Numbered from the stretch's first letter, positions 25,201 to 40,200 are shown. The stretch: 64,000 nucleotides of DNA from Somniosus microcephalus (GCA_052327205.1 CM126204.1:38316001-38380000); one strand, 5' to 3'. Notes: a model not told the origin generated them from the letters alone. A program made the numbers and translations.

Positions 25201-28200
25201 GAATTTTAAAAATTGTTAGAGAAACACATGCTCAAAAGGAACCACTGAAAGCGTCAATTCATTTTTCATGAATTCCAAACTTTTCCATTGCAAGTCAATT
25301 TTTACTCCCACCGGAGAACAGGAACTTGACACTTTAATCCCCATTTTTGTTGCACCTTTAAACAGAGGGCAGTGATACATTGGAGTTTTAGTACTGAAAA
25401 GAAAGAAGAAGAGAGTTCCAATGCTGGAGCTCCAATATACCAAACATATGCCATTATTACTACAGGTAGACTATCCTTTATCCGAAAACCTTGGGACCAG
25501 CCGTGTTTCGGTTTTTGGAAAATTTCGGATTTCAGAAGGTATTTTATAAGACTGGGAAATTTGTCGGGGGTGGGGGGTCGGCGGGGGGGTGGGAGAAAAG
25601 AATATCGGATGGGCCGCTGTATTGTTGGGTTCACTCTCCCGGTACCTCCTTTACACTGCCCGGCTCGGCCTGCAATCTCCTACCCAGGAGGGAACTCTGT
25701 GACCCTCTGCCCTGCTCAGCGTAAGTCGTGCGCCACTCTGGTCATGTCGTGCGCGCGACTTACGCTGAATGAAAAAACTTTTCGGTTTTTGAGGGTTTCG
25801 GAAGTTCGGATAAAGGATAGTCTACCTGTACTGCAAATTGTTCTTTATTTTCAGAATATTCTTTTATTCCTGGGGACTTTGTGTTGCCAATACTAGCAAA
25901 CTTAACATTAATACGATTTCACCCAGCAAGAGTCACTCAAAGGCTAGACATGAAAGTGAAACTGTGTGAATAGGTACTACATGACAGAGAATAATAATAG
26001 ATTAACAGTCTTTTAAAGGCCCAAAGCCTTAAAAACAACCAAACGAGTTTAGTCATGTCCAAGACATGATCAATCATAACATTTAAATGGGAATTAAACA
26101 CAAAGAGGTTAAAAGGGCACAGGGAAAGAATAGGGGTGGGAAATAACAATCCTGTAGTGAGCGCTAGCATTAACACCGGCACGATGGCAAATGGCCTCCT
26201 TCTGTGCTGAAATTTATGATTCTTACAAAAGCATAAGATTGTGTTTGCCTACATTTATCATTTAAAGTTTTCTGCACCAAGAAATTTTGACTTATACAAT
26301 AATCTCAATTAAGCAACAGAAATAAAGTAGGAATATAATGTTAAAAATTGAATAATTAGATCATCTGAATTAAGCAACTTTGAAATGAAGGTTAGCAGCT
26401 GATACCAGAACCTCAAAGCATTTCTCAGCAAATCAAATGTGACTGTGTACAATTAAAGCAAATCGATGTATAAGTCTTATGGCACCTGTACCTTGTACGT
26501 ACTTAACTTGCTTGTATCATTGAACAGAAAGTCTAAGGAAGCCATCTAGTGGATGCATCACTACATTGTAAACCAGGAAACAGATTCCATTTCATTCACC
26601 TTTAACATGGACTGCTGGTTTAAGGTGACTGAATAAGACAAATTCTGCTTTTATTACAAAGATTCTTGAGATATTTAATCATGTTATGATATTACATTCA
26701 TTTTCCATTAAAAACCGTAAAAGTAAGTAGCCTGATCTATACTGTAATATACAAAAGAACTGCTTCGCCTGTAATTAAGGGCACTGGTTTACAACAAGTT
26801 AATAAATTACATTCTGTTTTTATTACTTGGGATTCCCAAGATTTTTTATTGAACGGTTTGTGAAGTCCACAAGCATGCTTGCATACATTCTGTTCACATT
26901 GATTGATTTATGTGCTCAATAGGGGTTACCCTGGATTTAAACAAAATATATTTCTACATTTAAAATCGCATGCTTCATTTGTAGAAGAAACCATGGACGC
27001 AATACAGCAGCTGGCAAACCAATACTAGAATTAAATGGCGCCGTTCTCACAGCAGCCTACAGACTCTTTTTAAACTGCACTTGTGAAAATTAGAACACAA
27101 ATTACAAAGCACGAGAGACTGGATCAATTCAAAGTAAAAAAATAAAAATTAATTTCAAAACAAATTCACTCCATCTGAATACGTCTAGAAACCCCCGCCC
27201 CCATAAAATCCCATGAAAGCAGTGAATGCGCAGTACCAGTGTTAAAAAGTCTCATTCACAACTTTTATATTAACTGACAAAAGACTAAAGCTAGAGTACA
27301 TGTTGCAAACTCAGGTTTGCGAGCCATAAAGACCTGTTTTAAAGTGTGACATATGCATTATACTAAAGTCGAGGCAGTCACGTTCAATAGATTAAGATAT
27401 ATATTTGCACTGAACATCTTGAGCTACTGACGTAAACAGCATGAGACACTTCTCACCAGTATCAATTTGATGAATTGGAGTACAGAGCTGAGATTGCTAG
27501 TCATTGCCATGTCAATGTGCTCCTCCCACCCTTTCTCCACTTGCACGATATTCTAAATATTACTGCCATTTCATTGTGTAAAGTGTACTCCTGAATACAT
27601 GTTTGCCCAAAGAAATTGTGCATTACTGTTACACCTTTGTTTCATGGCTGAACTCAGAAAACCTTAACTCTGTTGACAATGTCAATCAGTACTTACAGGA
27701 CAAGGAGAATGAAGAAACACAGTCACTTTCTCATCTTCAAGCATTAGCTGCAAGAAAAGCCTCCTGATAAATCCAGAAATATTTCCAGATGTTGGGACAT
27801 TTGGTCGCTGAGGTGTTGACTGGAATAATTCACACAGAACCTGAAAATATTTAAATATTAAAATAAAGTTATAGGTCTACTGCTATTTATTACTTAATGG
27901 TAATCTGACAACATTTCACACGATATTCAAACTTAATTCAGCAAAATACTAAAATACCAGTTATTTTAAACAGTGTTTAAATAAGTTATACAAGTGCCCA
28001 AAATAATCAAATCGAACAGAAAAAAGGTCATTAGAAATTCAGTGGTTTTCATGTAATACACGATGAAACTTACTGAACCGTTCTGGACGGTGCACAGCAG
28101 TTCGTAAAACAAATGATTAAAGTCAAAAGCAAAATACTGCGGCTGCTGGGAATCTGAAATAAAAACAGAAAATGCTGGAAATACACAGCAGGTCAGGCAG

Positions 28201-31200
28201 CATCCGTAGAGAGAAAGAGTTAACATTTCCGGTCGATGACCTTTCGTCAGAACGGCAGCTGTTGATTCTGCTATTCCCATTTACACCACCTCTTGACCCA
28301 TCTTTTGTTTCTTTACTTGTCCCATTACCATCTCCTTTTGCCTTGCACCCAGTTCTGATGAAATGTCATCGACCTGAAACGTTAACTCAGTTTCTCTCTC
28401 CACAGGTGCTGCCCGACCTGCTGAGCATTTCCAACATTTTCTGTTTTTATCATAAATAATTAAAGTACGGTTAGACAGCTGAAATTACCACTGCAGCTCC
28501 TTGAATGGCTCCGTGAGTTTACCGAGAGAGTAGCCAAGTCATACAAATCAGGAAGGTTCCAGTTACAGTCCTTAGGCAGTGTTGAAGGAGCTGATCTCAG
28601 TTGGGAAGGGGTCTCAGTAGTCCTGGACTATGGAGGGGCAAAATAAGCCAGGATTTCATAACTCATTGCCATTCAATGGCACTTGCTAGAAGTGCATGTG
28701 TTTGGATGTCAGCTCTGCTTCAGCATTCATAATTGAGGCTGGAAAATCAATAGTGGTTCACTTGGTGAGGTACTGAAAGGTTGCTGGCACATGTGGAATC
28801 GGCAAAGTCATGAGAAGGGAGGGAGGGTAATAAGTGATGGAAAAAAAGTCATCTCTGCAAAGTTTTCTCAGTCGTCTAAATAAATAAATGCACCATATAG
28901 TTTGTTATTTCACTTGAGAGGTGGGTCTGAAGATTTTTATTGCCTTGTAATTATTCCTACACTCTCCTGAAGGTGCTGTCCAGCAAAAATCAGTCTTTAC
29001 TCCTCCCTTCCAGGGGAAAAATGTGTGAACACAGCTTAACAAGTAATTCTAATTATTTTTATAAATAATTTTTCAATAAACTGGGTAAAAACATTAGTTG
29101 CAAATACAGAGTTATTTTCCAACCCCATTTTAGTCATATCCACATGCTTCAGCTACCCACTGGACAAAGTCATTCAGCCATCAGAAATGCTTAAATTAGG
29201 TTTAATAAAATGGTTCAAATGCAATATTGACATTACCTGAGCCATTAATTTTTGATTGTTTGGATGGCAAGAAATGCACTGCAAGAAGAATGCAACAGTT
29301 GAATTTTCAATTGCTGTTCTTTGTTGAGTGGTCAGTCCTACCCCTGCAGGCGAGGAGGCTGAAGGAAGGTACCTTGATCCAATATGTTGGGACCCATTGT
29401 GGTGGTGGTGTCCAGCGCTGCTGCTGCTGGAATGGCACAGCAAGAACAAGAGAGCAGTCCACAAGGGGTTTACTTCAGGTCCCCCTAACCAGTCCTTCAT
29501 GGTGTGGCTGTTGCCTACTTCAGTTAGAAATCGGAGAACAGGAGCCACCAGATCTGCCGTGAGGGGAACCTTACTGATCGCACGCAGCTGCGAATGGTGC
29601 CTCTTGTTTCTGTCCGTGGCAACCTCTGCAGAAGGCACTGCACCATCCAAACTGGAAATATGATTGAAGCAGAAACTGATTAAGCTTTTCACAAGCATAG
29701 AAGGTAAACTTGACTCCAGGAGCTGTTTAATAGCTTCTGGAGATTGGGTTGCTGCTGCAAGAGTAACGAGGTGAGATTCATTTAGTGCAATCGGTGCCTG
29801 TGCATTTTTGGAGTCATCTGTTAAACCAGAATCCAAGTCCTCTTTCTTGCTATCATCAGTCATTGAAAGTCTGTGCTGCATTTGCATAGGAGGCAGAGTA
29901 ATGCCCATCCAACCCATCAGCAATGAAAAGTAGCTCGGATGAATGTGACACATGGAACATAGCAAACTGTCTACAGCTTTCTTCAGAACCATGTTGCAAG
30001 GAAGTGACATGGACCAATTATACAGCAATCTAAAAAAACAAAATTTATAATTACCTCAGCACAAGGATGAAGTCATTCTGGTGAAATAAATACAGCTGCA
30101 GCACAGAAACTTAAAGATTCGAATTTGCAAGCACAACTACTGTATTTAAAGGCACATTAGCCCACGTAATCACTGGAATAATACAAAGTGCAAAAGCATA
30201 AAAAGCTATACATTTAACAGTAGGATAGTGCTCAAGAGGCTGGGTATTCTCAGTACAAAGTACTCTTATGTAGTGCAACACTGTAAAAACCTCCAAGGGG
30301 AGATATCCTAACTTTGGAGTATTCTATTCCATCCCACCCTCCCCAAACAATACAAACCTATAATTTCATGTCTCCCCTCACACCCGTGAGGTGCTCCAAT
30401 GATGCACGGTGCAGGTGTGCCCGGGAGCAGATAAATAAGGAAACCTAGGAATCAGCATTTGAGACGGGTGTTGTTGCCAATCTAGAGCAAGTCACTTACA
30501 TGAGACCTCTCATCACTGTTCCAATAGTGAAAGTTTCCAACATAAATTTGGGATCAGTAATAGGATATTGGTTGGACCTGCTGACAAGGACTTCCTGATA
30601 TTGGCCCTGCTGTTGGGACAGCTGTTGAACAGATGGATGTGTGTCATCGTAACAGGACACAGGATCTGGAAACAATTTGCCTACTCACAACCTTAGCCAG
30701 AAAATGGTACAGAGGAAGCAAAAGGGTGATACATTGCTCTCTCTTCCATCTGCAGACTACAAAGTTAAGTTGATGATGCCCAATACTCTTTAAAAATTGA
30801 ATTTGTATCCATCACCAGATCACATCCTCTGGTGGCAGATCTGCAGGATCTTCAAGGTCTACAATTCCATAATTTCCTAATTTTTAATTATTTTCAAATA
30901 ACCTATAAATTCATAAAAGATAATACTCATGTAAACAGAAATCACAAAGAAACAATGAAACAGTAATCAAAATTTGTTTCTAAATTAAAACCATGAAACA
31001 CTTTGTGAACATTCTACTTACTCAAACAGTTCTCTGTTTAGTAAACCTGGAAGATCATACTCTACAGGTAACTCATAGCTATGCCACAGGACAGCAGCTA
31101 CACAGTGCAAGTGAGAAGGCGATGGCATAAGGAGGCCATACTCGCGAGTTATGTTCTCTGTATTTACAGTGGCAATGTGGCCAATTCTCTTTAGTGCAGC

Positions 31201-34200
31201 CACACCTGCAGAGTCATAAACCCACTTCAGCAAAGCCTGAATCCTGAAATAGAAAAACTTGCATGTTAGCTCAGTGAACTTGAAAATAAAGTCAATATAT
31301 GTTCCTTACTTAAAAGCTGGAAACTGAAGTACACAACAAGGATTCCCACCATTAAATTGTTACCCGCACATTAAGTCATCAACACTCCCCTTATTGCTCA
31401 GTTGGTAGAAGCAATATTAACTGACCGATTCAGATCAAGTTCCAACCTGATGCCAGCCAGGACAACTGGGACACTATTATTGCAATCAAAGCGCCTGGGC
31501 TAGGAAGGGGAAGAAAACAAAACAGACAGGGTGCCCAATCATTACGATCCATTGACCCTTGTGTATGGACATTGGGAAGAGCACAGGATTGATCTTGGTG
31601 GCTCTCCTGGATGATTTAGCTAATCTAAACCAGGAGAGCAATTATATCAAGGACCTAACGAGAGTTCAATCTACAGACATTAACTACTTCATTGGTGGAA
31701 GAGGCACCGGGTCAGCAATAGCCCACATTATCTTTGTGAAGCTCAAAAGGAGCACTCCTGCTGCTCCTGGCCCCAGATAAATAATTTGAAGTTAACCTTT
31801 TGGTGTCTTTTCTGCTGTGCTGCTGGTAAAATTGGGCACTGCGTGCATGGCTCCAGCCCGCTGGCCATCAAAACTGCAACCAGGATCTTATGTACATCAC
31901 AGGACCCCAAATTTGCATCATAAAAAGGCCTACCGCCTGAAACAGGCGGGTGTTCCAGCCGCCCAGCGGAAGACCCCTTTAGCGATGGAGGGGGCTGCAG
32001 CACAGGCGTAAACATTTCAGACCGCTGCCGTCCCAAGATAGAATCTACCCCGCTGTGCTTTCCAGCATTTTATTTTTGAAACATCTTTTAGTAATTTCAT
32101 ATATGCATTGACTTTATCTTAAAATAAGCTTAACCTCCTTGCGGACTCAATAGCGAGCACGGAGCCTGACAGGATGTCATGGAAGTAGTAAAAATACTTT
32201 CTCTATAGTTTAAACTGCCAGCATGCACAGGATTGGTCACTATGTTATTTTACAACCAGGCATCATGAAATCTCACCTGGAAAAGCTGCTTCTACATAGC
32301 AGTAAAAAGACATATCCACTGCATGGCCATTTTTGGCAAGATAAATTATCCTCAATACATTTTGGCTGTTGTAAAAAGGCATGGCTTAGACCATTATAAA
32401 ATTTAAATTTCCCAAAGAATCATTTATCGATAGAAAATCAAAGCAGATCTTACCCATACAACACTGGTGCATTACCTGTCTTTAGTACCAGGATCCTGAG
32501 TTGTTCCAAGTTGATACAGGATATCGATTGTTGAATCTGAGGAAAGCCCATTCAGTCGTCCGAAAAGCAAAGGGCTGTTTAAATCTAGACAAACAAAAAG
32601 TTGTCAGTATCAGATTTACCAGTGGGGGGGGGGGGGGGGGGGGGGAAGAAAGGAGGGAAAAACAGTCCATAACTTGTGTCTCTCAAACGCAGGAGATTAT
32701 CTGACTAAATACTCTTTTTACATTCAATGGTGACCATTCTAAATTTCTCATGAAACTAAATTCCAAACAAGAAACAGCCATTCTACCCATCAAGCCCATT
32801 CGCCCACCGTTACTAACAGCCGCCAAACCCAAACTCTTTCTTACGGTTGTTAAATTAACGAGGCAGACAATCGCCAGCTCGTTTTTGAAAATTACAATAC
32901 TGGCGTGACAATAAAAAATCATTTTTGCCCCCCTCCTCACCCCTTCATCCGAGCTTTGGTGGTCATCTTCACTTATTCCACCTGTTACAACTGGATGATT
33001 GAAGGACCTCAAATAAGCCTACTTCCCACTACATTTCACACAGCACTGATTAAAATATATCTTACCTGTTGGGTCGGTGCCTGAAGCAGCACAGTTCCTT
33101 AGGAGAATATCAATCAGCTTCAGACCGATTCTGGTCGACTGCAACCCAATCTTGACCAACACAGCCTCAATATTCGGTGAATGCATGCCGCAGTACGGTG
33201 ACATCAGCAGTGCTGCGCAGGTCTGCAGCAGATTAGCAGTAGGAGCTGCTGCACTGGCCATCATCGCCTCAAGTTCACTTATGTGGGTCAAGCAATGGTG
33301 AAGCAGTCGCATCCAACCAATACTGACAATAGAAATAAATGGTCATAGAATCATACAGCACAGAAGGAGGCCATTCAGCCAGTCATGCCTGGGCCGAATT
33401 CTACCTCAATATTTCCAAGTAATGTCTAGACAGAATTAAGGTTCTTTCCTGCCGGCTTATCAATTTTCCGTGCTCTACTCCAACAACTTACATTTATATA
33501 GCGCCTTTAACGTCGTAAAACATCCCAAGGTGCTTCACAGGAGCATTACCAAAACAGAATTTGACACCGAGCCATACAAGGAGGAGTTGTATGGGCAGAT
33601 GGAAGTAGGTTTTAAGGAGCTTCTTAAAGGGGGAAGTGAGGTAGAGGCAGAGGGGTTTAGGGAGGGAATTCAAGAGCTTAGCATCTAGGCGGCTGAAGGC
33701 ATGGCCGCCAATGGTGGAGCGATTAAAATCGGGGATGTTCAAGAGGCCAGAATTGGTGGAGCGCAACGATCTCGGGAGATTGTAGGGCTAACGGAGATTA
33801 CAAAGATAGGGAGGGGCGAGTCCATGGAGGGATTTGAAAACAAGGATGAGAATTTTAAAATCGAGGCGTTGCTTAACTAGGAGCCAATGTAGGTTAGCGA
33901 GCACAGGGGAGGTGCATGAACGGGACTTGGAGAGAGTTGGGACGCAGACAAGAGAGTTTTGGATGACCTCAAGTTTATGGAGGGTAGAACTAGGGAGGTC
34001 GGCCAGGCATGGACGAGGTTTCAGCACCAGATAAGCTGAGGCAAGGGCAGAGATGGGCGATGTTGTGGTGGTGGAAATGGGCGGTCTTAGCGATGGTGCA
34101 GATATGAAGTAGGAAGCTCATATCATCAAATATAACACCAAGGTTGCCTCAGACAGTTGCCAGGGAGAGGGATGGAATCGGTGGCAAGGGAATGGAGTTT

Positions 34201-37200
34201 GTGGCGAGGACTGAAGACAATGGCTTCAGTCTTCCCGATATTTAATTGTAGGAAATTTCTGCTCATCCAGTGCTGGATGTCGGACAAGCAGTCTGGCAGT
34301 TTCGAGACAGTGAAGGGGTCGAGAGAGGTAGAGGAGCTGGGTGTCATCAGCGTACATGTGAAAACTCGTGCTGTGTCAACGGATGATATCACCGAGGGGC
34401 AGCATGTAGATGAGAAATAGGAGGGCGCCAAGGATAGATGCTTGGGGACATCAGAGGTAACAGTACGGGAATGGGAAGAGAAGCCATTGCAGCCATTTAC
34501 TCATTGCATGGGTTTAGTACCCTCCGAAGCAGCAATAATTCACATACGAGGTTAGATATGGAGTGCAAGGTGGCCATGCGACTGCGGATGAGCTTCACAG
34601 TTGAAGCCAATGACGTCCACATACAAGCACAGGTTTACACACAAAAGTGGACAGAGACCAGAAATATTTCCCTCCTGAAGGCAACTGTAGCATCTCCACC
34701 GCTAACTGACCGAGCTCAACTACCGAAGCATAAATCAAAGATTAAACCTAGAACTGCCCTAGTTTGCATGTCTCAGCTACCAACTTCCTCAACCAGCTAC
34801 GGCTTCAGGGGAGCGACCAAACAATGAATTCTAACATAACTGAGAAATCAAGATATTTTTGGTGCAGAATTAGACTTGACTAACATTTGGAAACTATGAT
34901 GGAAGGATTATATTCAAAACATGCAAAAGTATATCTTTTACGTCAGTGTACATCCTAAAGCAGGCAATGACAGATTTCACCCAAGACTTCAGATATTCAA
35001 CTTATTCTAATCTCTAGAATAAATTTTCAGATTTCTGAGCAGCTTGGTTGGGAGACAAACATGGAGAGATATATCTGACTATTTAAAATAATAGATAATC
35101 CACCTAAAGCAACATATTTCTAAACAGCATCAGCTGTTATCGGCTACTGTCACAGACGACCATCTTGACATCTCAGCTCTAACGGAAACTTGGCTCATCG
35201 GTGGCGACGACACATCACTTACTGAAGCCTCCCCGCCTGGGTATACTTTCCACTGGTGACCCTGCCCAAAAAACCAGTGGCAGTGTGGCCCTCTTCACCA
35301 AATCACACTCTGGTCTCTGCTCCTATTCTTCTCACACCTATTCCTCCTGCCACCCATCAAGCCTCCCTTTTAAAATCCTCGTTCTCCAGTATCCCCCCAA
35401 CGCCCAATGTCAAGTTTCTCATCGAAATATCCTTCTCCCTTTGCTCCCTCAGCCCCGAGCGACTCCTCACCCATGGTAATTTCAGTCGCCGTCTTAACTC
35501 ACGTTACCTTCTCTTCTGACTTGACTGCCTTTCCCTCCATATAAAAAGTCTCCTACCCATATTCCCCAATGGGCCTCTCTGCTCCCAATGTCCGGATCAC
35601 AGACAAGGCCACCTCTTTCTACATCCGGCCCCAAAGCCATTTTGAAAATAAAATAACTCACTACACATTTCTTGAGCTTTTAAGTTTAATAAACAGGTAT
35701 TTACTATGAGCATCAAGCTCCAGCATCTTACCTGGTTTTAGAAACCTGATCCTCAGAGGGCAGGAAAGGGTTATTCACAGTAGCAGATGAAGTGCTGCCA
35801 AAGGCAGTAAGACCCAGCAATTTGATCTGTGATAGGCCCAGTGTGCTGGCATCCCTTGGGCGATGTAGCCGAAGGCAGACAGCTGATGCTACCTCAGCTT
35901 TGACCAGCTGTATTTTAATGTAAGTTAGTCCACTGGTAATAACTGGGGTAGAAAGGGGCAACATGTTCACTCCATCTGCACTGATCTCGACCGACACTGA
36001 AGAAGGACACGCTGCAAGAGAGAAAGCAGGATAAATATAACTTTCAAACAGTCGGCTAGTTGCATAACCGGAAAGGTCCATTTTGTTTTCAGTATGTGAA
36101 TTCAGTTATTGTACGTCAAACATGCTTTCAGTTAGGTGATGAGCATCATCATGTCCCACATTGTCAAATATTCTCTAGTTAGAAATGATTAAAGGATCAG
36201 AGAGCTGTTGCAATTCCTAGTCCAATAATCTGATCACGTTTGCAGTTGTATCACCACTTCCTTAATGTGAGAAAATAACTTATTTTTGCTACCCACCTCT
36301 CTGGCCTTTTAGCAGAGCACAAATCAGGCTACTAATTTCTACTATAACAGTGAGACAACTTTCAGGTCTGTACCAGATGTTCTACGGTTCAGCATCACTG
36401 CTCCACCTTTACTGACCAGTATCTACTTATACGATAGGTTGACCTGGGACTAAGATTCCTTCCGAGCACTGGATACGATGATGCCGTACAAGCTACCACG
36501 TGCTGCTCTTGCGAGAAAAACAGTGCTGCACCATCTCGCCTCGATCTCTGTGGACAGAACATCTTGGACAGCAACCGATGAACTAAATATTTACGTTCAT
36601 CACCACCAAACCGCAACGTTGAATATACTTACTAGCAAGAGATGCGAGGTGAGGCTGAATGTGGATCTCTTTGAGCAGCACCGCAGCTGGCAGGTGGATA
36701 GTGAGGTCACACCATGCTTCTTCTGGTAAGAAGATATATGACCACGCTGCAGATCGAGCTCTGCGATGGGGCGGTGTCGCCTGAAGCAGTACTTCAGCTG
36801 GTTGAGCTGTTGGGCTACTGGAGGTTATTGTACCTGCAAAGAACAAAAATAAACCAACGAAAAGGCAGATTAGGTGACCAAAATGTTTCTTCATATTTCA
36901 CTGCAATCCATTGAAACATGTAAAAACATCACGGTTTCAAATATTGGCAACAATATTGGATACCTGTATGGTATCGTCCTCCAGTTTGTTAGTGCAATCA
37001 AAGTTACACAAATAGGAAATTATACAATGTATTAAACTGCATTCAGAGAATCAGTGAAATACAAGCTAGGCATTACATACCCAATGGAGCGAAGTTATGG
37101 AGTCCCTCGGCATTGTCTGGCTCAGAAGCTAATACTCTAGCTTTCATGTTTCCATCAATTGTCTTACCAGGCCCACAATCAAGAAACTTCATTATGGTGG

Positions 37201-40200
37201 ATACCATACTCCGTGCTGTATTAACAATTGCTCGTGTGCTTGTTACCATGTTATTGCAGATAAGCTGGACGCCCCCTGCAAAAAGTGAAACATTGTTGGT
37301 TAGGTTGGTTAGGTGTAAATGTCCAAAGGCACCGAGGGCAGCACTCCATCCAGAGAATCTGAAGAATCCGAAGCAATGCCGCTCAAGGAGTAATAATGGA
37401 TCACTCAGTATGTATTTGTCTTGCCTTTTGTCGAGAAATAAACAAACAGTCAGCACAAACGATTGGGATGGCGGGTGGGGTGGTAGTTGGGATTTCCTGC
37501 TCTTCTTTGAATAATGCCATGGAATTTTTAATGTCCTGAACGAGCAGCTGAACTTTCATTTACATAAGAAATAAGATCAGGTGTAGGCCATATGGCCCCT
37601 CGAGCCTGCTCCGCCATTCAATAAGATCATGGCTGATCTTCAACCTCAACTCCACTTTCCCGCCCGATCTATGTATACTTGATATACATAGAGTCCAAAA
37701 ATTTATCGAGCTCAGCCTTGAATATACTGAATGACTCAGCATCCACAGCCCTCTGGGGCAGAGAATTCCAAAGATTCACAACCCTCTGAGTGAAGAAATT
37801 CCTCCTCATCTCGGTCTTAAATGGCCAACCACCTATCCTGAGACTATGCCCCCTAGTTCTAGACACTCCAGCCAGGGGAAACAACCTCTCAGCATCTACC
37901 CTGTCAATCCCCCTCAGAATCTTGTTTCAATGAGATCACCTCTCATTCTTCTACACTCGAGTATAGGCCCAATCTACTCAATCTCTCCTCATAAGACAAC
38001 CCTCTCATCCCAGGAATCAATCTAGTGAACCTTCGTTGTACTGCCTCCAACGCAAGTATATCGTTCCTTAAATAAGGAGATCAAAACTGTGCACAGTACT
38101 CCAGGTGTGGTCTCACTAAGGCCCTGTACAATTGTAGCAAGACTTCCTTACTCTTAATACTTTAACCCCCTTGCAATAAAGGCCAACATGCCATTTGCCT
38201 TCCTTATTGCTTGCTGTACCTGCATGCTAGCTTTCTGTGTTCCTTGCACGAGGGCACCCAAATCTCTCTGAACACCAACATTTGAAAGTTTCTCACCATT
38301 TAAAAGGGTCATGGAAATCTGGAACTTTCTCCTCCAAAACGTTGTTGAGACTCGGTCAATTGAAAATTTCAAAACTGAGATTAATAGGTTTTTGTTAGGC
38401 AAGGGTATTAAGGGTTACGGAACCAAGGTGGGTAGATGGAGTGAAGATACAGATCAGACCTGATCTAACTGAATGACTGAACAGGCTTGAGAAGTAAAAT
38501 GGCCTACTCCTGTTCCTATATTCCCAGAAGAGAAAGCCCATCAACTGAGCCAAGCTGACACGAATACAGGTTTTAGCAGTTTGGAAAAATATTCAACGTC
38601 AAAACACTGGATCAATTGGGAACAAGCCTTGAACCAGGTTTGCGACTTCTGAAATCTAACAATTTCTATTGCAAATATTCCACTGGTACAATTCACCTAC
38701 CCATGTCATGGAAAGCTTTTAGTGCTTCAGTGGAGTCCAAGACTCTCAAAATAAACCACAATAACGGCTCAGACAACTGGCATGTTGAAAGCGAACCCTA
38801 AAAGAATGAAGGATATTACAAACAAATTACTGAAAAAGTAAAAAACAGAAAGCAGTCCTTAGTTAACACATTAAAGCGTTAATCCACATTATATTAAGGT
38901 GACTGGTTGCATGGAGTGGTACCAGTAATAATATTGGTGTTGTTTGCAATGTTTTAATGAAGTGCAGCCAATGTGCCAGCAAGGTCTCATCATTCTCAAC
39001 AATCTCAGGGCTTGGTGTAGGTGTGGTGATTCTATCTGCTGAGAAAGTAGAACTGGCCCCCTTCCCACACCTTGAGATTGTTAATTTTCTACAAGCAGTT
39101 AACCAGTGAGAAAAATGCCGAACAAGGGGGGAGAAATTTACTGCTCAGCATTAATTTCAAGCCCTTTAAAACAGAACGTGTACTCCCTTCGCCTGAGAGC
39201 GAGAGGCTGCCCTAACATTTATGCATAGAAGTGTTTATTTGCAGTCATTTGGAGTAAACCATTGGGTGACACTGCCGAGCTGTTCACACGGCAACTGAAA
39301 ACACGACGACAGTGGCACAGGTCTCTGCTCGCACAATGTTAAAGTTTTCACCAAGCATTTTAGAAAGTATGATGCAACAGCATGACCTTTGATCAAGACT
39401 ACAGACATGACACCTCAGAAAAACAAAGAATCAATTCAATTACCTGTCTTCCCATATACCCACAGGCCATATATGTGAGAATTGGCTGTAGCATGACCTG
39501 TACGGAAGTGGCTTTTTTGCTTAGTGTAGTCAGAATGCTGAAGAGGCCATCACCAACTGAAATCGCATCTAAACCACTGTGGAAGTTTTCATGTTTAGTA
39601 AGATGTAATCCACTTGCACCTGATTAGGAAATAAAAGTCACACCTTTTTAGAGAGTAGAATTTGTGCTAAATTAAAATAAAGTATAAAAGTTATTTTTAT
39701 ATACAGGTACTGTACTATTATGATTCTGTGCAACTCATCAATTTCTACATGGGGTATAAGATACTCTTTTAAAATATTAATCCATGTGTGCTAGTTGATA
39801 TGTTTATAAGTGTGTAAAATAGACCATTTACAACATTTTATTTGGCACCTGCTCATTAACAATTTTTTTTTAAACTAAAAATTCTGCTTCCATTTCCAGT
39901 GTAGCTGATAATTGGCTGAATTTAAGCAACCGAAGCTGAGTGACGAGTAGCCTCAAGACTTTACACAGAATTGCACAGCAACTACCACACGGAAAGAGGT
40001 GGTTCGATGCAACCGGTCCATGTTGGTGTATATCCTCTACAAGAACAGTAATCTTAATCCCATGTGCTCTCCCTTTTCCCATACCCCTTTATCCACCTTT
40101 CGTTCAACCATCTATTTCATCTATTCTCAAATGGTGTCATGGTCTCTGCTTTTAGCCAATAACTCCGGTTGTGCACGTAGCAGCCTCACAACCCTCTGTG

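Noticed and set aside
25372-25896. 174-aa ORF across the MITE as a transposase
   Set aside because: It crosses both TIRs, has no DDE/D or HTH motif and is explained by the GC-rich interior.
32454-32475. Alternative donor 22 nt downstream of exon V
   Set aside because: Frameshifting; the proximal donor already gives the conserved protein junction; no other support.
38296-38310. Back-to-back CR1 junction as a twin-priming 5' inversion
   Set aside because: Both pieces have their own 3' tails of different subfamily types, so two independent insertions are more likely.
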